Assembly: GCA_045863295.1 (NCBI GenBank)
Contig: BTWA01000071.1
Coordinates: 1 to 10,547 of the forward strand
DNA: 10,547 bases
Source of the DNA: Candidatus Hydrogenedentota bacterium
GTDB lineage: Bacteria > Hydrogenedentota > Hydrogenedentia > Hydrogenedentales > SLHB01
Direction of reading: 5' to 3'
In this document: positions 6,635-10,547 of the stretch, piece by piece
Layout: each line of letters starts with the position of its first letter
Position numbering within the stretch: the first letter of the stretch is position 1
Notes under the pieces: generated by a model
The model's input: only the letters and a program-made list of their open reading frames with translations
Told to the model about the DNA's origin: nothing
Database searches by the model: none
Position numbers and translations under genes: made by a program

Positions 6635-7605
6635 AGGATGTGTGGACAGAACCGGACGTGCGGGACGAGGTGGTGGATTTCGTGGCCACGCTAAAGGAAA
6701 AGATGGGCATCAGCCAGAGCCGGCTGGTGCGCTGGGTCGGCATTGGCCGCTCGAAGTTCTACGCCTGGAAGCAGCGCTATGGCAAGGTGAACGCACACAA
6801 CGGTCAAGTTTCGCGTGACTTCTGGCTCATGGATTGGGAGCACGAGGCGATTCTGGCCTATTTCATTGACCATCCTTTCGAGGGCTACCGCCGATTGACG
6901 TACATGATGATGGACGAGGATCTCGTGGCGGCCTCGCCCGCCACGGTCTACCGCAGCCTGCAGAAGGCCGGGGTCTTGGACCGCCGCGACGTGAAAGCGT
7001 CGAAGAGGGGCACGGGCTTCCACCAGCCTTTACAGGCGCATGAGCATTGGCATATCGACGTGACCTACTTCAATCTGAGCGGCACCTTTTACTACCTCTG
7101 CTCGGTGCTTGACGGCTTCAGCCGTTACATCATGCACTGGGACATCAAGGAGGCGATGAAAGAGGAAGACGTGGAGTTGATCGTGCAGAATGCGCTGGAG
7201 CAATTTCCCGATGTGAAGCCGCGACTCATCTCAGACAACGGCCCGCAATTCGTGGCCAAGGACTTCAAGGAGTTCATCCGGCTCTCGGGTGTGACGCACG
7301 TGCGCACCAGCCCGTACTATCCCCAAGCGAACGGAAGGCAGGAACGCATGCAGGGTACAGTCAAGCGAGAGTGCATCCGCGAGAAATGCCCCCTTACGGT
7401 GGAGGAAGCTAAACGCTGGGTTGGCGAATACATCGAGCACTACAATACCGCTCGCTTGCACTCCGCCATTGGCTACGTGACACCCCTGGACATGCTCGAA
7501 GGTCGCCAGGCGACCATCCATGCCGAGCGCGACCGGAAGTTGGCCGAGGCCCGCGATCAACGTAGGCAACGAAGACAGTTGAATCACGAACCAACCGTCG
7601 CGTAA
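6631..7605 (+). CDS. IS3-family transposase OrfB (DDE integrase core)
   Basis: WHIDVTY, LISDNGPQF and NGRQERMQGTVKRE catalytic DDE motifs; YNTARLHSAIGYVTP C-terminal motif. Confidence 0.95.
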   Translation: MKDVWTEPDVRDEVVDFVATLKEKMGISQSRLVRWVGIGRSKFYAWKQRYGKVNAHNGQVSRDFWLMDWEHEAILAYFIDHPFEGYRRLTYMMMDEDLVAASPATVYRSLQKAGVLDRRDVKASKRGTGFHQPLQAHEHWHIDVTYFNLSGTFYYLCSVLDGFSRYIMHWDIKEAMKEEDVELIVQNALEQFPDVKPRLISDNGPQFVAKDFKEFIRLSGVTHVRTSPYYPQANGRQERMQGTVKRECIREKCPLTVEEAKRWVGEYIEHYNTARLHSAIGYVTPLDMLEGRQATIHAERDRKLAEARDQRRQRRQLNHEPTVA

Positions 7606-7753
7606 CGTGACGGTTGCCGGGTGAATCGGAGGCTGGCTCTGCGGGAGCGCAACCGTGCCAAGGGATAGCCCGGCGGGGCACATCGAGACGATGTGCTACG
7701 GGACGGGGACGTACTATTGGCGTCCCGTCCCAACCCGGAAAGTATATCGGGTT

Positions 7754-7850
7754 GATAGACCCCTTATGCCTCAAAAACTCCCGCCCGACGGGTGGAAACA
7801 AATGCTTAGGCAGGGCGATGGAATTGTCCTATCCCCGCCTAGGAAGAACA
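7754..7850 (+). repeat. Internal degenerate copy of the IS right end (direct repeat of 8437-8527)
   Basis: GATAGACC at 7754 and 8437; AAACTCCCGCCCGA at 7775-7788 and 8453-8466; IRR-like 7825-7850 matches 8502-8527 at 19 of 26 positions. Confidence 0.8.
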
Positions 7851-7940
7851 AGGAATACTGGCCATGGAGATCTCGCCTCGCCATTTTCACGATTTCATTC
7901 GGAGCGTGAATCTCTGTCAGGTAACCTGGAGACCGTGGAG

Positions 7941-8441
7941 ATGCAAACACAACGTTTGAGTCTCGTCTCGCTGACGCGTGAAGAATTAATTGCAGAGGTA
8001 GAGGCGATTAACTCCGAAGACAGACACCGCTTGTCCGCGGACTGGCTCGCGCTCCTTCGTGGCTCAACAGGGGCAGACCCTTGGATACATGGCTTCACCT
8101 TGGTGTTTCGGGAAACTGGCATAACCGTCGGTAGATGCGGTTTCAAGGGGCCTCCGGCCCCTGATGGTGTGGTGGAGATCGCTTATGGTATTGAGGCCGC
8201 CCAGCAAGGAAAAGGATATGCTACCGAGGCCGTGATGGCGCTTGTTACTTTTGCTTTCGAAAGCGGAAGAGTAGGACAAGTTCGCGCACACACGCTCCCG
8301 ATGGAGAACCCATCGACAAGCGTCCTGGCTAAATGTGGATTCAAGCGGGTCGGAGAAATAGTAGATCCCGAAGACGGCTTGGTATGGCGTTGGGCGAAAA
8401 GCAGCGAGGGCATAGCCCGGTCCGGCTCATTGAATCGATAG
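7941..8441 (+). CDS. GNAT N-acetyltransferase, RimJ/RimL-like
   Basis: TQRLSL start; VGRCGFKGPP..DGVVEIAYGI...QGKGYATEA acetyl-CoA motif; N..S.SVLAKCGF. GTG 7935 is an alternative start. Confidence 0.9.
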   Translation: MQTQRLSLVSLTREELIAEVEAINSEDRHRLSADWLALLRGSTGADPWIHGFTLVFRETGITVGRCGFKGPPAPDGVVEIAYGIEAAQQGKGYATEAVMALVTFAFESGRVGQVRAHTLPMENPSTSVLAKCGFKRVGEIVDPEDGLVWRWAKSSEGIARSGSLNR

Positions 8442-8588
8442 ACCGGTCTTAGAAACTCCCGCCCGAAGGGCGGAACAAGTCCTTAACTGGCGTGAATGGA
8501 TTGTCCGATTCCCGCTGAGGCAAGACAGCAGGTAGATCGCCGGACCTCTGTCCTGACAAGCGGGACAGAGGTCCTGGAGGAGAAAACA

Positions 8589-8858
8589 ATGAGACAACAA
8601 CAATCTGAGCAATGCGAACGGCAACTCGCGCCATTGAATCAATTCCCGTTCAACATCGATTTCCTGACCCGGTTCCGGGAGACAGAGCAAGAGCTCATGC
8701 CCTGTGACGGCTGGGGTACAGATGCGGAAGGGCTGGTACTGAACGAATTCTCCAAGTTTCAGGCGACCATCCTCCCAACGAGGGAGGAGCTGGAAGCACT
8801 GCCGGCGTGGAAGTCGACACTACGTGATAACACCCGCGCGAGGCGTGAAAAGAGTTGA
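8589..8858 (+). CDS. Small hypothetical protein (89 aa)
   Basis: GGAGGA at 8576-8581 before ATG 8589, preceded by a 12-bp hairpin like the other small genes. Confidence 0.55.
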   Translation: MRQQQSEQCERQLAPLNQFPFNIDFLTRFRETEQELMPCDGWGTDAEGLVLNEFSKFQATILPTREELEALPAWKSTLRDNTRARREKS

Positions 8859-8897
8859 ACGAATGCAGCCTATGAGCGACCTGAATTCGTTTGACTC
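8852..8897. terminator. Stem-loop between convergent genes (possible bidirectional terminator)
   Basis: GAGTTGAACGAAT / ATTCGTTTGACTC, 13 bp including two G-T wobbles; overlaps both stop codons; no T-tract. Confidence 0.4.
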
Positions 8898-10547
8898 ATC
8901 CCGAGTAACTCCATCCGACCATGAAGTCAGCGAAGGTTTGGACAGGTACAGATAGCCCTGTTTTTTCGTGAATGCTGTGCTTCAGCCGCGCCGCGACTTC
9001 TGGTGTCGGCGTGACCACGTGGACGTCGGTGTAGCCCGCAGTCTGTGTTTGTTTGAGGTTGTGGAGGTAGTTGCTCTTTCCAGTCTCCACCAGCACGCAG
9101 CACAGTCGTCCATCCACTTCCGCGTGGACATCGACAATCAGGTTATCTGCGATTGGATGCTCCGTCTTCACGTGCCAGCCGTCGGCACGAAAGCGTTCGG
9201 CGACCCGACGCACGATAAAGCGATGAAGGACGCCACCCTCGGTATGACTGGGCAATGCGCCGAGTTGGGCGCGTCGGCATAAACGTAAACCGTTTTCTGT
9301 CAGATCGAAGAGCTTCAATTGAGACGTGCCCGTATAAACGAGCACAGGTTTCGTCAGTCCCTGCGCCTCGAGGGCGCGAAGTACGGCCGCGGCTTTGCGC
9401 CGGCTCAGCCCCAGGCGCTTGAGGCGTTCGACTACCCCGCTGAAGGGGTTCTGGACAATGTCTTTGAACACGAGCGCTTCGCACTCGGTGAGGGGATATT
9501 CTTGGTCGACGATTGCTTTCCCTGGGGTGGTGGGCGGGGGTGAAACAGTCGGCTGAGTGATAGCCGATTTGCCTGGGGAGGCCGATTCCTTATTCGTCGT
9601 TTCTTTAACGTCTGGCGGCGGAATCGGCGGAACTGGTCTCGACTTTGGTAATGCGGCCAGGTAATTACCGGATTCAGCGGAATACCAGTTCCTTGCCATG
9701 TATTGAGCGAGATCGGTGTCGGAAACGCTTCCCTTGGGGATTGGACGATATTCCAGCACGATGTGTAACGGGTCATGACACCGGGGTAAACGAATGATGG
9801 CTTCGCCTACGGGAAGCCGGCCGAGTTCGTCCTTGGCCTCGTCTTTGAGAAGCATGGCCTGTGCGGTACTCGTTACGTCGCGCTGATGCTTTGTGTGAAA
9901 AGCGAGTGTCGTGGCCTGATTTCCGAAGACAGGCAGTGGGACCATGCTTCCATTCTGGCTCGCCAGAACGACCGCAACGCCCAATTCGCGCACTTCGCGC
10001 AACAAGCCGTGAATCACGGGTTCCGAACCATCGCCTATCCCTGGTGGACTTCGAAGCAGGTGGTGCGCTTCTTCGATGAAGAGCGCATGAACCAGTTCTT
10101 CACGATTACGGTTGTTGTGCATGAAGTGCTGGAGCACGTAGACAAGCACGGATTCACTCAAGAGAGTGGCCTCCGCTACGTTGAGCAGTTCGATCTCCAG
10201 TACCATACGACGGCGTAGTAGCTTGGATAGGTCAAGGGGATTCTCCGAACAAAACACGTCTGCGGCGTTTCCAGATGTGAGACTTTGCATTGCCCTCCGT
10301 GCCGAGTCCATCCACAGAGCGCGGCGTCCTCGAGCACGCATTTCTTCCAAGATCGTGTGTACATCTCTGAAGGTGGGCCATCGGCTTTCCTTGGCAGCGT
10401 TCACGTATGCCTGCTGAATCGCCGTAACCAGGAGGCTTTCACTTCCGGCCCCTTGCATGAAGGCATGACTGACGAGGCCCGTGATGCGTTTACTCCATAC
10501 ATCGGTTGTGGTACCGCTTGGTGGGATGAGTGGATTGAACGCGAATG
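8896..10547 (-). CDS. HerA/VirB4/VirD4-like (DUF87-type) P-loop ATPase fused to wHTH and PD-(D/E)xK-like domain; 5' end lies outside the window
   Basis: The frame stays open to the window edge (FAFNPLIPPSG...W upstream of M at 10458). Walker B LFIEEAH, LREVRELGVAVVLASQ motif, LPVGEAI motif, Pro-rich linker, wHTH (LGLSRRK...LEAQGL...LFDLTENG), then H-helix and VDV...VETGKS. Confidence 0.85.
   Translation of the reverse strand, partial: FAFNPLIPPSGTTTDVWSKRITGLVSHAFMQGAGSESLLVTAIQQAYVNAAKESRWPTFRDVHTILEEMRARGRRALWMDSARRAMQSLTSGNAADVFCSENPLDLSKLLRRRMVLEIELLNVAEATLLSESVLVYVLQHFMHNNRNREELVHALFIEEAHHLLRSPPGIGDGSEPVIHGLLREVRELGVAVVLASQNGSMVPLPVFGNQATTLAFHTKHQRDVTSTAQAMLLKDEAKDELGRLPVGEAIIRLPRCHDPLHIVLEYRPIPKGSVSDTDLAQYMARNWYSAESGNYLAALPKSRPVPPIPPPDVKETTNKESASPGKSAITQPTVSPPPTTPGKAIVDQEYPLTECEALVFKDIVQNPFSGVVERLKRLGLSRRKAAAVLRALEAQGLTKPVLVYTGTSQLKLFDLTENGLRLCRRAQLGALPSHTEGGVLHRFIVRRVAERFRADGWHVKTEHPIADNLIVDVHAEVDGRLCCVLVETGKSNYLHNLKQTQTAGYTDVHVVTPTPEVAARLKHSIHEKTGLSVPVQTFADFMVGWSYSG

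Larger units (their letters stand above)
6226..8527 (+). mobile_element. IS3-family insertion sequence carrying a passenger GNAT gene (transporter IS)
   Basis: IRL TGTCTAGCCTCTCCTGGAATTGGACA (6226-6251) matches the reverse complement of 8502-8527 at 21 of 26 positions. TG...CA ends; 5-bp direct repeat GCAGG at 6221-6225 and 8528-8532; orfA/orfB transposase genes inside. Confidence 0.9.

Noticed and set aside
6635..6818. Real C-terminal extension of OrfA
   Set aside because: It overlaps orfB out of frame and is best explained by the missing A in the slippery tract.
7614..7940. N-terminal extension of the GNAT ORF (275 aa in the ORF track)
   Set aside because: It runs through IS subterminal and internal IRR sequence; the GNAT domain begins at about 7941.
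2209..8591. Integron cassette array with the hairpins as attC sites
   Set aside because: The hairpins lack consistent RYYYAAC/GTTRRRY boxes, sit against SD sites, are mostly too short, and no integron integrase is in the window.

Overview
The window looks like part of a mobilisable or conjugative-type element. At the left is a Replic_Relax-like gene (283-1200), followed by helically phased CCGAAAC repeats, an AT-rich tract and a strand-skew flip (candidate origin). At the right is a 5'-truncated HerA/VirB4/VirD4-like P-loop ATPase fused to a wHTH plus PD-(D/E)xK-like tail (minus strand). Between them lie a standalone PD-(D/E)xK-like gene, a multi-pass membrane/coiled-coil gene and seven small plus-strand genes (two tandem PC4/SSB-like, three Zn-ribbon, two unknown). 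Each of the seven has a strong Shine-Dalgarno (SD) site abutted or buried by a hairpin. The most striking signal is pervasive folding of the plus strand, above all a nested, branched structure of about 600 nt (5237-5828) in which an upstream non-coding leader pairs in blocks with the SD, CDS and 3' flank of gene 5509-5796. An IS3-family element (6226-8527, GCAGG target duplication) interrupts the array and carries a GNAT passenger gene between two copies of its right end. Family assignments come from motif recognition only; no database searches were run.
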